Shown: positions 25,483 through 38,419 of the stretch, piece by piece
Layout of the letters: every line of letters begins with the position of its first letter
Position numbering within the stretch: position 1 is the stretch's first letter
Source: Octopus bimaculoides
Lineage: Eukaryota
Direction of reading: 5' to 3'
Assembly: GCF_001194135.2 (NCBI RefSeq)
Contig: NC_068982.1
Coordinates: 49,761,148-49,825,147, forward strand
DNA length: 64,000 bases
The notes under the pieces: model-generated
Told to the model about the DNA's origin: nothing
Database searches by the model: none
The model's input: the letters and a program-made list of their open reading frames with translations, nothing else
Made by a program: the position numbers and the translations under genes

Positions 25483-26346
25483 TATCAGGCAGTATCAAAA
25501 AGTTTTTTGATTAGTTATGTTTAATAAAGAATAAATTATTTATCTAAGTTTTAACATTGTCTCCTTCAAAACAGTCACCTTGCACAACAATACACTAGTC
25601 TCAGGATTCCTGCCACTTTTAGAATCCAGACAGAAAGTTTTTTTCTGTAAGTGAACCAAGGATCTTCTGCAATTCACAGTGTTAAAACGGCGATCTTTGA
25701 GTTGCATTTTCATTTTGAGGAACAGATGGAAGTCCACAGGTGCTAAATTTGGTGAATCTGGATGGGTGAAGAGAGCTTGATAACAGGGTGCATTGTCGTT
25801 GTGAGGAATCCAATTCTTCATGCTCCACAGATCCAGTCACTTCCACTGAATATCCTCCTTTAAACACTTCAAAACATTGTTAATTGTCCTCTGATGATTT
25901 TCATAGACAAGCTGATGAATATTCTTGACATTCCTGGAGGTGACACTCATTGTAGATCTTCCAGATATCCTCATCGTCTTCCAAGGATGATCTTCAGCTT
26001 TTGAAGAGCCTGTACCACTCTAAACATTGTGTACGATCCGTTACCTCATCACCATAAGCTTGCTGAAACATGCTCAATGTCTCTGTAGCAGACTTCCCAG
26101 GTTTAATGCAAAATTTCATATCGGCTCTTTGTTCCAACTTCCTGTCCATGACAAAAATCGCAGACCACAGCATACATGTGATCACAAAAGCACAAATTTC
26201 ATAACTTGTGAAGTAAACATAGTAATTTCACTTGGCACATTGCCTTATGAAGATCACTGCAAGCTCTCATTGTGCACGAAACCAAGTGCTGCCATCTGTT
26301 GGTGTGCAACAGAAATAATCTGGGAATTTTTCGATATCATCTCGTA
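25483..26346 (-). mobile_element. Internally deleted mariner element
   Basis: N-terminal HTH MDRKLEQRADMKFCIKPGKSATETLSMFQQAYGDE...QCLEWYRLFKS and C-terminal HNDNAPCY...HPDSPNLAPVDFHLFLKMKMQLKDRRF. The diverged TA-flanked ends are TACGAGATGATATCGAAAAATTCC (minus, from 26346) and TATCAGGCAGTATCAAAAAGTT (25483). Confidence 0.85.
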
Positions 26347-26714
26347 TCAACCAGGGCTTCCTCCAAATCCTATTTCAAGGCATTGTGGAATCACAGAGAT
26401 ATGTCACAACCATTCCTGCACTTTCTTCAAATAATTTTCTTGCAAGAAATCTCTGTTTCCTCTAAGATATCTTTCCAATGCTTTTTATTTTTCCTGGACC
26501 CAACTTATGTCTAACAAACACTTTTTGACTCACAACTCTAGCAAAATTAGTTGTTGCATTGCTGTGTGGTAAGAAGCTTGCTTCCCAACCACATGGTTCC
26601 AAGCTCAGTCCCACAGTGTGGCACCTTGGGCAAATGTCTTCTACTATAGCCTCAGGATCACCAAAGCCTTGTGAGTGAATTTCATAGATGGAAACTAAAA
26701 GAAGCCTGTTGTAT

Positions 26715-26765
<51 letters not shown>

Positions 26766-26773
<8 letters not shown>

Positions 26774-27147
26774 AAAATAAGAGGGATGACCAGCAAAAGT
26801 GGAAGACATTTAAAAGGATACACTGAATGTAATTTGTAGAACTCTACACGTGTTCCCTTTTGGTTGGACGTCCTGTGTCTAGTTCTGGAAACTACATCGC
26901 AAATCGACAGACTATGCTGACGATCCTGCAGATATTTACTTATGTAAATTTTAACAGGTGAAACCATGGTACGTAGGTTAATCGTTTTTATTTAGTATTT
27001 TTTCATTTGTCTTGCCCTTTTACAGTCTGTTGTGTCGCTGAATTTTTACTGAGAACATATATTTTTTTCGTGGTTAGATGATTCGGCATCTATTTCTAGC
27101 ATATAGGAGTCCACTTTTGCTGGTCATCCCTCTTATTTTTGTATGTA
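26766..27147. mobile_element. TA-flanked MITE-like element with ~36-38-bp TIRs, nested in the microsatellite core of a bipartite SINE
   Basis: Left TA-CACACAAAAATAAGAGGGATGACCAGCAAAAGTGGA (26766-26803); right TCCACTTTTGCTGGTCATCCCTCTTATTTTTGTATG-TA (27110-27147), one mismatch. The SINE head is at ~26555-26760 and its tail at ~27300-27520. Confidence 0.85.
26901..26988 (+). ncRNA. Type I minimal hammerhead ribozyme (predicted)
   Basis: Stem I CTATG (26912-16) / CGTAG (26972-76); core CTGACGA (26917-23); stem II CCTG/CAGG with inner hairpin ATTTAC-ttat-GTAAAT; GAAA (26960-63); C-CATG-G with a palindromic loop; GTA cleavage triplet (26969-71). The pair closing stem II is a non-canonical U-U. 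Confidence 0.75.
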
Positions 27148-27704
27148 ATATAATTTCAATCTTCAGATTTTTTTAATATGCTAAACCACTGGTTCAAATT
27201 GATTAATATCTATTTCTACCCTCATAAATAAATTTTTATATATATATAGTGAGAGAGAAAGGCAGATATAGATATATATATACATATATCCATGTGTGTA
27301 TACCTTTGGGTATCTGTTTGTTCCCCACCACCATTTGACAACTGGTGTTGGTGTGTTTACATCGCTGTAACTTAGCGGTTTGGCAAAAAAGACCAATAGA
27401 ATAAGTACCAGGCTTAACAAAGAAATGAATACTGGGCTTGATTCATTCGACTAAAAAGTTGTTCAAGGCAGTGCCCCAGCATGGCTACAGTCTAATGACT
27501 GAAACAAGTTAAAGATAAAAGATTTACATTGATTTTATAATTTATGTCCTTTTTTAAATTTTCATACAGTTATAAATTATAAGTGCAAATTTTTCTGTGA
27601 TTGTTATATCATTTATCTTTGATCTTTTAGTTGTTTCACTCATTAGACTATGGTCATACTGAGGCAACCCTAGTAGTTATCTTTTAAAGTTTCATACTTA
27701 TTCT

Positions 27705-28030
27705 GAAGGTGCATGGCTCAGTGGTTAGAGTATTGAGCTCACAATCACAAAGTAGTGAGTTCAATTCCCGAACTGGACTATGTATTGTGTTTTTGAGCAA
27801 GACACTTTATTTCACATTGCTCCAGTTCACTCAACTGTAGAAATGTGTTGCAACATCACTGGTGCCAAGCTGTATCAGCATTTATTTGCCTTTCCCTTGG
27901 ATAATATCAGTGGCATGGAGAGGGGAGACTAGTATGCATGGGTGACTGCTGGTCTTCCATAAACAACCTTGCTTGGACTTGTGCCTCAGAGGGGAACTTT
28001 CTAGGCGCAATTTTATGGTCGTTCATGATC
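27705..28030 (+). mobile_element. tRNA-headed SINE
   Basis: A box TGGCTCAGTGG (27714-24) and B box GAGTTCAATTCCC (27757-69), then a non-tRNA body. An opposite-orientation copy lies at ~33460-33812. Confidence 0.8.
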
Positions 28031-29989
28031 AAAGGGGGTCTTTTTACGTTTACTTTATTCTATCTATTGGTCTCTTCTGCTGAAAAACTAAGTAATACAG
28101 GAGGATAAGGAATATGAGTATCATTGTGGGTATATATATGATGCACTAGCATTATTGGTCACTGCCGTCTCCCATCACCGATGTTGATGACTAAGTACAT
28201 ACTTTCATATGTCCTGCCACTCTTGAGGGAGAAGTATACAACTGGCCACACATTAACTCGGGCACCATCCAACTTCTCTTTCAAAAATTTATGGAGACTC
28301 TTCAGCTTTTCAAAAAATAGAGGTAGGCCACTTTCCTTTTTGTTCATACCTTATTAAATTTCTTAAATCACATTATACTCTCTTTGGGAATACACCCTTC
28401 CCAAGCATTTTCCTTTTATTTTCAATATGGAGCTCACTCATATTTTCTACTTCTTTTTGACTCACTATGCTAGTGAAAGAAAATATCAAATATCAAATGC
28501 TATTGCTATGAGTGCATTTATCATCATTTAAGTTTGCATATTCACACCCATTTTTTGTTGTTTTTTTTTTGTTCTCTCAAATTCTGTGTTTATAGATGGA
28601 CGTGTTTACTGTAATATTTTTTTTTATTAACTGTCCTTATGTTAGCAAAATGTTTTTGAAGGGGCACAACTCTTACTGCTATATTGTGGCTAACACCTCC
28701 TTCTTTTATTGCAGAGTGAAGCCATAATGAACCACAAATAAACAAAGCAAATGGGCATTTGTAGAAATATACATATATAATCTATAAAATTCAGGTGGAT
28801 GTTAAAATATTCCAAAACTCTTAGCTGGTAAAATGTGTGCACACACATCCCAACCCACATACAAAAAAAAATATTCTATGAAGTAATGTTCGAAGAAATT
28901 GCCTTCTGAGTAGAGCTCTATAAACATGTGAGTCAATGGTTAACAGCAACAATAACAACAACAATAACAACTAAGTACTGCACACATATTACGTGTTATA
29001 TATTCAACTCAATAGAAAAAAACAACAGAAAAAATATATGCTGCATGTATGAAAGATATTATATAGAGTTATGCATGGTTTTTGCCATGAAAGCATGCAA
29101 TAAAAGCAAAACTGTTCAAATAATATTAATGATGATAATGATGACGATGGTGGAGGTGATATAAGAGAAAAGAAAACAATGAAAAGAAACCACCACCACT
29201 GCCTCCACCACTCTCACCAACACCACCACTGCCGCCACCATCACTACCATATAATTTTATTTAAGGTTTACTTCACATGCCTGAAATGGCTTGACAGGTC
29301 AGTTCCCTTATATTAACAATAAGGGCAAGGTAATATTATATAAATCAGAAATTCCATAGCAGGGGAGGAAAAGCTGAAAGTCTTCCATATATTATATGAT
29401 ATTTGCATATCTATGAAGTCACGGAAAAATATTTTGCAGTGTAGCGATAAATCTGACCACTGGCTGTCACAAATCAATTGTATTAATAGGTTATGCCATG
29501 GTATTTTGGAGAGAGAAAGAGGCTGCATGGATTGTCTCCACATCAATCTAGAGAATAAATGATGAGCCAATGAAGGCAACAATCTATGGTGGTTACTTGA
29601 TCTATAATAAACAGCGGCTAAATTTCCTTTAAAGTGAATTCTACTTTCTTTTATAAAATGGATGGACATAGGTCTTAGACCAGTTTATCATCATCATTTT
29701 AATGTCCATTATATTTTTCAATGCTTGCATGGTTTGGATGAAGTTTAATGAAGCAGATTTTTCTATGGCTGGATGTGCCTGCCTGTTCCTAACCCTGACC
29801 TGTTCCCAAGCAAGGTAATATTTCCCCATAACCAGACATGCTTCTGAAGAATATTGGAAATGAATGACACTCCTTGAATGACAATGGTATATATTTTACA
29901 ACTGTCACAAACGTAAACACATACGTAAATAAATATACATACATACACACAGATATATATATATATAATGGACTTTCACAAAAATAGAA

Positions 29990-30425
29990 ATTGTAGTTGT
30001 GGGCAATGCCAGTACCACCTGACTGGCTCTCGTACTGGTGGCCTGCAATAAACACCATTCATGTGTGGGTCGTTGCCAGTGCCGCCTGACTGGCTCCCCG
30101 TGCTAGTGGCACGTAAAAAGCGTCATCCGAACATGGTCGATGCCAGCCCTCCCACTCCCCACCCCGACTGGCTTCTGTGCTGGTAGCACATAAAAAACAC
30201 CATCCGAACGTGGCCAATGCCAGTGCCGCCTGACTGCACATAAAAACCACCCATTACACTCTCAGAATGGTTGGCATTAGGAAGGGCATCCAGCTGTAAA
30301 AACATTGCCAGATCAAATTGGAACCTGGAGCGGCCTCCTGGCTTGCCAGTCCCTAGTCAAACTGTCCAACCCATGCCAGCATGGAAAACGGACATTAAAC
30401 GATGATGATGATGATGATGATGATG
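29990..30425 (+). mobile_element. RTE-LINE 3' UTR with internal tandem units and (GAT)n tail
   Basis: Repeated gccagtgccgcctgactggct...aaaaacaccatccgaac units, then the conserved tail and gatgatgat. Confidence 0.75.
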
Positions 30426-31200
30426 AATCCACTCACAAGGATGTTGGTCAGCCTAGGGCTGTAACATACACAAGAGAGAGAGAGAGAAGTGGGGTGGGTG
30501 GCCAGAGAACGCCTTTCATCTCAGAGTCTCTTTGATATCAGGGCTGATCTGGGGTTAAACAACTGAGAAAATAGGTCACAATTAATTAAGTACTCACAGC
30601 TAAGTACTGAACAGAGATAGAATAGTTCTGCATACATTCTCCCACTTGGATTTTATACTAGAAAGACGCTTGAATTAGTTTCAGCTAATGATATTAATAG
30701 CTGAATTGTAACCCAGCCATAAGTGTTCCAAGCCACTAACTTATGATATCAATTGATCAAGTATTGATTGATATACAGTATTTTGAAAATATAGAGTGAC
30801 TGGGATATATAGTTACAAGCAATCAAAATTGAGTAGATCGCCACTAATCTGTCAACTAGATTTGACGACTAACAAAGTATGGATTGTCTAAGCAATTATT
30901 TGATTATTTGAATGGATAAGGCAGCAAGGTGGCAAAACTGTGAGCATGCCAAGCAAAACGTTTAGCAGTATCTCATCTGTGTTTATGTTTTGAGTTTAAA
31001 TTATGCTGAAGTGAACTTTGACATTCCTCTTTTGAGGCTTATTGAAATGGGTATCAGTCACTGGAGTCAATGTAATCAACTAACCCGACTCGTGCAAAAT
31101 TTCAGGCCTTGTGCCTATAGTAGGAAGGATTGTTTGGATGTAGCCTCAGGTGAAACTTCAGCCAGAATTTCACAACTTACAAGTATAACAAGCACTAAAA

Positions 31201-32606
31201 GTTGACTACTAAATACATCTACCATTACTTGTATACCACTACTGCCACTGCTGCCACCCCACCATCACCTGATTCCTGTTTGTTTTTAACAGAGTTTATT
31301 ACATTGTGAACATTCAGACCAGATTCCAGTTTCCCTCATTGCTCATGCTTTTCCAGCAGACAATGACTAGCAGATGTTTAGGCTGGGCATTAGCTGCATC
31401 AATGTCACCAGTCTGGAAGGGCCTTAACCCTTTAGCATTCAAATTTCTCTGTCAATGCTAATTTATTGAAAACATTTCAAATCAATCATACATTATCTCA
31501 TAGCTTTGAGATTTCAATGAGGTGATTGTATATTTTTACAACAATATTGAAGGGTAGGTGTGAGGGGCCAGATTTGACCAGTTTGAACATAAACCAGGTA
31601 AAATATCTGAGCTGGATATGGCTTGTTTAAGTGTTAAACAGTTAATATATGCACTACTAGTTTTATTTTTTGTAGTTTTTCACTGAGTTTCTCTCTTCCT
31701 ATGAAATGGAAACTTTATTCCACAGTAATTTTTTTTTTTTTGCTTTTTGTACTTGCTTGGCCAGGAAGAAAAGGTAGTGCCCATGATACATCAACTCCTC
31801 ATTCATTTCATTCAGAGAGACAATCAGAAGATCATGGTATCGCTTTTCCTTGCTTCGTTAATTTCTATATCTGAAAAGCATTAACACTTCAATCGTTTCT
31901 CCCTGCTATAGTTAGAAGACCACAGCAATGAGAACGACCAAGTTGTAGAAAGAAATTTGTCATTTAAAACAGCAAGAAATCTTACGATGGTTTCAATGTC
32001 TAAGGCCCATTTGTCAGATCAATATTTTGAAAAGTGAAAATGTAAACCAAAATACCTGTGAGTAAACATTTTAGATTCTGTTGCTCGCTTTTTTCACCTG
32101 TTTCTCAAAGAAGGGATCTCTTATTCCACGCGTCTTTAAAAGCATAGAGCCAGAGGTCAAAGTGTTGGTAGAGAAGTAGCAACAAACTTCACTGCTTGTT
32201 ACTCAGTAGTTTGCCATATGAAGTGTGTCAGATGTAAACATACACACACAGCAACACATACATATAGACCCATACAGTCACACACAGATGTGTGTGTGTG
32301 TGAATTAAGTGTTAGCACTTTGTGGATATAAGTTAATGGAGCAAGAAAGAGCTATGCCATGATCTTTGAAGGCCCTTCAAGACTAGAGACATTGATGCAG
32401 CTAATGCCACGTATAAAAGTCTGCTAGTCAATGCCTGCTAGAAAAGTATGAGCAATGAGAGATCCGGAATCTAGTCTGAATGCTCACAACATAGGAAACT
32501 TTGAAGTAAACAAACAGGAATCAGGGGTGAAGATGATGACAGCAGTAACAGTGGTAGTGGTGGTATTCAAGTTATGGCAAATGTATAAATGTATTTAGCA
32601 ATCAAC
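31201..32606. repeat. Long diverged inverted repeat: arms 31201-31423 and 32371-32606, ~950-bp spacer
   Basis: The reverse complement of the left arm (ggcccttccagactggtgacattgatgcagctaatgcc...caaacaggaatcagg...atgtatttagtagtcaac) aligns with the right arm (ggcccttcaagactagagacattgatgcagctaatgcc...caaacaggaatcagg...atgtatttagcaatcaac). Confidence 0.8.
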
Positions 32607-32684
32607 ATTTAGCACATGCGGACAAACACACAAACGTTCGTATCCATGCACACACACACATGCATGCACACACGCACATACACA

Positions 32685-32724
<40 letters not shown>

Positions 32725-32890
32725 CAATGAGCTTCTTTCAGTTTCTGTCAACAAAATCCACTCATAAGGCTTTAGTGAGCTCAAGGCTGTATTAGAAGAC
32801 ACTTGCCCAAGGTGCCAGGCAGTGGGACTGAACACGAAACCATGTGGTCAGGAAGCATGCTTCTTGCCACAACCATGCCTGCACCTATAT

Positions 32891-32926
<36 letters not shown>

Positions 32927-33867
32927 TGAAGGGTTTCACGCAGTTTCCAGTCACTTAGAATACTCATTACTAGTAATTAGTTTTATTTAATTATCATGAT
33001 TATATATCATTTATTTAATTACCATGATTATATACTAAACTTCTAACACAGCGGGAAAGACTGTTGCAATCACATTTCTAATCCATTAGTTACTGTGCCC
33101 CTCTACTGCCAGTCTTTATTCATTTCTGTATCACTTCCGTTCACACTGTATAAATTGCCTAACTAACTCAAGTCAGCTTATTCCTAAGATTGAATAAACC
33201 ATTGGTTGTCACATTTTCAGTGTCTACTTACAAGAGTCACTGAGAATACTCATTACTCTTAATTAGTTTTATTTAATTACCATGTAAAGTGTAGTTAATT
33301 AATATAAATACAAGTCCATGACATTATTACTAGAGGCATCATATTGATCATGTAATTGCAAAGAGACAAGGCATAGATTTATCATATGAATATATTTCAT
33401 GGATCATTTAACATGAAAAAGAAGGAAGGCTGAAATAAAGAATTTATTTTTCAATTGCAGTGAAAAACAGACCCCCTTTGGTCATGAATGACTATGGGAT
33501 TGCTTCTAGAAAGTTCCCCTTCAAGGCACAAGTCCGGGAAAGGTTGTTTATAGAAGACCAGCAGTTGTCCGTGCATACCAGCCTCCCATCTTCATGCCAC
33601 TGATGTTGTTCAAGGGAAAGGCAAAGGCTGATACAGCTTGGCACCAGTGTCATCAAAACTCATTTTTACACCTGAGTGAAGTGGAGCAACATGAAATAAA
33701 GTGTATTGCTCAAGAACACAACACAGAGCTTGGTCTGGGAATTGAACTCATTACTTCATGATTGTGAGCTGGATGCTCTAACAACTGAGCCATGCGTCTT
33801 CACATAAAGGCAGTAATTGTTCATTTTTAAAGAAAAGTGTAAATCTTCAGAGAAAATAACAACTTAC

Positions 33868-34033
33868 CCCTCTATATGTATCTTCAGGATTTTTGTTATA
33901 ATTCCAAACTCGAATCCCAGATATTGTAACTGGTTGCGGAAATTCAAAAGAAACTATATGGGGCTTTTCAGGTGTAAATGGTATAAGCCACATATTTTCA
34001 TCAGAGTTCGTTACATTGACACCGTTTATTAAT
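33868..34033 (-). CDS. KATNIP: KATNIP (KIAA0556) internal coding exon, DUF4457-type repeat
   Basis: Acceptor tctactttcag|A at 34033, donor GGG|gtaagt at 33868; 166 nt. Peptide (K)LINGVNVTNSDENMWLIPFTPEKPHIVSFEFPQPVTISGIRVWNYNKNPEDTYRG resembles vertebrate KATNIP as I recall it (KLIDGTNIT.EDEHMWLIPFSPG...GLRFWNYNKSPEDTYRG). Phase matches the upstream exon (AA+A = Lys). Confidence 0.93.
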
Positions 34034-35733
34034 CTGAAAGTAGACATATCAATTCTTCATTTATTTCATTTGGTGAGATACAATTGATATACTATATTTT
34101 CTGGTATACAAGATGAATTTTTCAGACCAAAATTTACAGTCGAAGAAAGATAGGTTGATTTATACAAGATGACTTTATATGACGAAAAATTCCATATAAA
34201 AATGCAGCAGAATTTATAATGCAATGTTTGAACATTTATACTATATACTACATTAGCTTGTATGATGGGAAGTACAACAAAGACAATTATGAGTGGACAT
34301 GCGATTTCTGATTTCTTCAAGAGATTTTAAAAATTAAAGGACAAATAATGCTGAAACTGAAGCTTAATTAAAGGAAAAAGTTATAGCATTTTATGTAAGA
34401 AACACAGTAGATGAATTCAAAGGCATATAAGTTTATCTTCTGCTTATGAAAGAGTTTCAGTCATCTTTTATCTTCTGCTTTCTTCAGTCACTGGACTGTG
34501 GCCATGCTAGAGCACTGCTTTCAAGGGTTTTAGTTGAAAAACTTAACCCCAGCACTTTTTTTCTAAAGCCTGATACTTATTGTCAATTTCTTTTTAATAA
34601 TAATAAATGTGCCCTTTTAAAGCCTAGCCAGGCTCATGGGCCCGGTTTCCCAGTTCTAGTGGCGTATGCGTTCATCGCAGCGTTACTCATTTTTGCCAGC
34701 TGAGTGGACTGGAGCAGCGTGAAATGAAGTGTTTTGCTCAAGAACACAACGTGTCACCCAGTCCTGGAATCGAAACCACAATCTTACAATCATGGTGCTG
34801 ACACCCTAACCACTAAGCCACGTGCCTCCACCAATCGCTTTTTGCCAAACTGTAAAGCTATGGAGTCATAAACAAACCAACACCAGTTTTCAAGCAGTGG
34901 TAGGGGACACACACAATGGGCATTTTTCAGTTTCTGTCTACCAAATCTACTCACAACATCTTGGTCAGCCCAGGACTATAGCGAGAAACACTTGCCCAAG
35001 ATGCCACAAGGATTGAACCCGAAACCATGTGGTTCAGAAGCAAGCTTCTTAACACACAGCCATGCCTGATTAATTTTTTTAAACAGTCTCTAACTGAAGA
35101 ATAAGTAATCCAAGTACTTCAGCAATTTTCATTTAATATCTGTTGTAACAGATCTCAGAGCTCATCAATGAACAACAGTATTTCATTCCAGTAACAGTTG
35201 TTAAGATTAAAAACATTCCAGACAATGATGAAGTGCTTCTTCAGTTATTTTCTCTTTTATAAACCTCTATTTTGAGTAGGTTCATCACTGTTTATTGTCC
35301 AGTGTCATATTTATCATTTTCATATAGATAGCTTCTCAGGTTATAGAACTACATTTCACGATAGAGAGTAGTCTTATCCACAAGGTCCTAGATGCTATGT
35401 GACAGTTCCATCAATTGAAGTTATATTCAGACAATCTTTAGGTAATATCAGCTGGCTTCAATGCTATGTTAATAGACTATCTCTTGTTATCATTATTTTA
35501 CTTCTGTTTTTCTTTTACGGGTTTCAGATATTGGACTGTGGCCATTCTGGAATGTTGCTTTTGGAAAGTTTTCTTTGTGTGGTAAGAAGTTTGCTTCCTA
35601 ACCACATGGTTGCAGTTTCAGTCCCACAGCAGAGCACCTGGAGTAAATGTCTTCAACAATAGCCTCGGGTCAACCGAAGCCTTGTTTGTGAGTGGATTTG
35701 ATAAATAGAAACTGAAAGGTGCCTGTCATATAG

Positions 35734-35791
<58 letters not shown>

Positions 35792-36525
35792 CCCACCACC
35801 ATTGACAACTGGTGTTGCTGTGTTTATGTCCCCATAACTTAGCAGTTCAGCAAGGGGACCATGTGTGTGTGTGTGTGTGTGTGTATTTATATATATGCAT
35901 ACATAAATTTTTATATAAGTATACATATGTGTATGTTTATATCTATGATCTGTATGTGTGTATATTGGTGTGAATATGCTATCTTTAAGATGTCATGTTT
36001 TACATTGGCTTGATATCATTGTATCATATATTTTATAGTGTATATGTGTAAGTATACATATGGCAAGCATATGGGAAGAATACAACATGAATGACGCTTG
36101 ACATGCAATATGAATGAAGCTTGAACATCAATAATGGAAAAAGTAGGGCTATACGAGAACGTGTATTTATAAAGCAATGAAAAATTACTACCAAATTACT
36201 GCCAATTAAATTAATGATATATAAATATGTAGAAACACACTATAATGCATTTTAAATACACTTAGTATTCAATACTAAACACAATATCAATGTAAATACT
36301 GTTATCTTATTTATGTTTATGCGTAGTGAAAAATTGAGCCCATCTCATTCATAGTATTGTTACCCTTGTGATGTAAACTTAATGAAAGAAGTATATTCTT
36401 TGTTTATATATAACATACAGTTATATAATTAAATATTGTTACATACAAAATTAAAGTGAAGTGAAGCAAGCTGATATGTAGATATATAACAGCAACGTAA
36501 TCTTAGTATTAATTATGGGTAAACA

Positions 36526-36904
36526 TACACAAATGTACCCCAACTTTGATTCTTCATAATTTGCAGATAAATGGATATTCTTTTAATAAAATTTTCTACA
36601 AATATGCTGCAAACAGCATAGTTTCCAATTATATATGAATTTATTGCAAAACAACATGTAATTGGGGGGAGTGGGGAGAGGAGTTGCAGAACAATTTACA
36701 CAAATCAGTTTTGTTTCCTTGTAACTTTCAGAAAAATAGGTATTTTTTCAATGAAAATTTTGACAAATATCTTTTAGAGTGTGTAGCTTACAACTATAAT
36801 CAGAATCTACACCATCTGAAGCATATTTGTAGAAAATTTCATTAACAAATATCCATTTCTGGAAGTTACGAGGAAACAAAATCAGTGGAGCACATGTAAA
36901 TATA
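36526..36904. mobile_element. MITE-like fold-back element with ~80-bp diverged terminal arms and an internal partial arm copy
   Basis: aaatggatattcttttaataaaattttctacaaatatgct (~36570-36608) pairs with agcatatttgtagaaaatttcattaacaaatatccattt (~36820-36858). A third partial copy lies at ~36707-36775. Confidence 0.6.
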
Positions 36905-37506
36905 GTGCAGCTAACTCCAGCTGGTTACAGTATATCATTACGCATGCATTACTGGAAGTTCATAGTAAATATATATATATATATGCACACACACATATTT
37001 TATCTTTTACTTGTTTCATTCATTAGACTGTGGCCATGCTGGGGCATGGCCTTGAATTTTTAGTAAAATGAATGAATTGACCTCTGGTACTTATTCTATT
37101 GGTCTCTTTTGTTGAACTGCTAGCTTATGAAGACACAAACACTGGTTGTTAAGCAGTGGTGGTGAGACAAACAGACACAGACACACAGACACACACATGT
37201 ATATATAATGTACATATGTAAGTATATATATACAAGAGGCTTCTTTCAGTTTCTGTCTCCAAAATCCACTCACAAGGCTATAGGAGAAGACACTTGTCCA
37301 AGGTGCCATGCAGTAGGACTGAACCTGGTACCATGTGGTTGGGAAGCAAGCTTCTTAACATACAGCCATGCCTTTACCTATGTACATCATATACATTATA
37401 TATACAGATACATACATACAGAGATACACACACACACATTTAAGGTAGTACTCCAGTCAAATGGCTGTAGTCAAATGACTGAAACAAGTAGAAGAGTAAA
37501 AAATGA

Positions 37507-37553
<47 letters not shown>

Positions 37554-38419
37554 ATGAATTATGTATACATATGTATGTATATATATATATATACATATAT
37601 ACATGTGTGTGTGTGCGTGTGGTTTGTGTGCGTGTGGCATGTGTGTGTGTATATATATATGATTGTATGTGTGTATATATATGTGTGTATGTATATATGT
37701 ATGTGTATTTGTATGTATATATGTGGGTGTGTGTGCATTTATGTATGTATGTGTGTGTGAGTATTGGTCAGTATCTAGTGAAGGGACAAATGAAAAGTCA
37801 TTATTTGAAAACACAGCAAGTGAATTACAATGTCATTATAGTAATGATAATACTGAATTCATATTTTAAGTTTACATTCTTTTTTTTTTTAATACCCAAA
37901 TGGTCTTAAGGGAAACAACTGAAAGCCAAGCAAATACAAATGAATATAAGTAGAAAAATGATAGATGCATTCAGTAATTTGATGATGGTTGGGGGCAATA
38001 GCGATATAAAGCAGAACATTAATGGTGTATGGTAGATAAACTTAATGGAACAATCAGGAAAGAGAAGAAAATTGATACAGATTTATAGTCACAGTGGTTG
38101 GAGCTGTCAATATGTTAAAAGGTGCTAAAACTTATTATCATCTGCCCATGCCAAGTCAACCGGAACAATAATTGGATGCAATGAGTTATGACGTTGTAGA
38201 TAATACATATCATTAAACACACACTAAAATAGTAGTTGCGTAAATAATTGGTAACAGGGAAACAAACATCGAATTACTGCATACAACATCCACAAAATGT
38301 GTAGGTCAAAGTTTATTTTAGAGTAGAACTGAATATGTAGATGCCAGTAAATATTTTTAAGAAATGTGAAAAGATTAGTACAATACATTTCTCTAGGATT
38401 TCTGTCAATCATTTCATTA

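Noticed and set aside
27705-27775. tRNA gene candidate (A and B boxes)
   Set aside because: No proper cloverleaf or acceptor stem, and it continues into a repeat body found elsewhere in the window. It is a SINE head.
28159-28347. 62-aa minus ORF with a gtatgt donor-like site; the opposite strand is also open
   Set aside because: No recognisable homology or strong acceptor; insufficient support.
37208-37909. Long ORFs (up to 233 aa) rich in YI/CV/HT, and similar ORFs across N gaps
   Set aside because: They are translations of (TA)n/(CA)n microsatellites or N runs, not genes.
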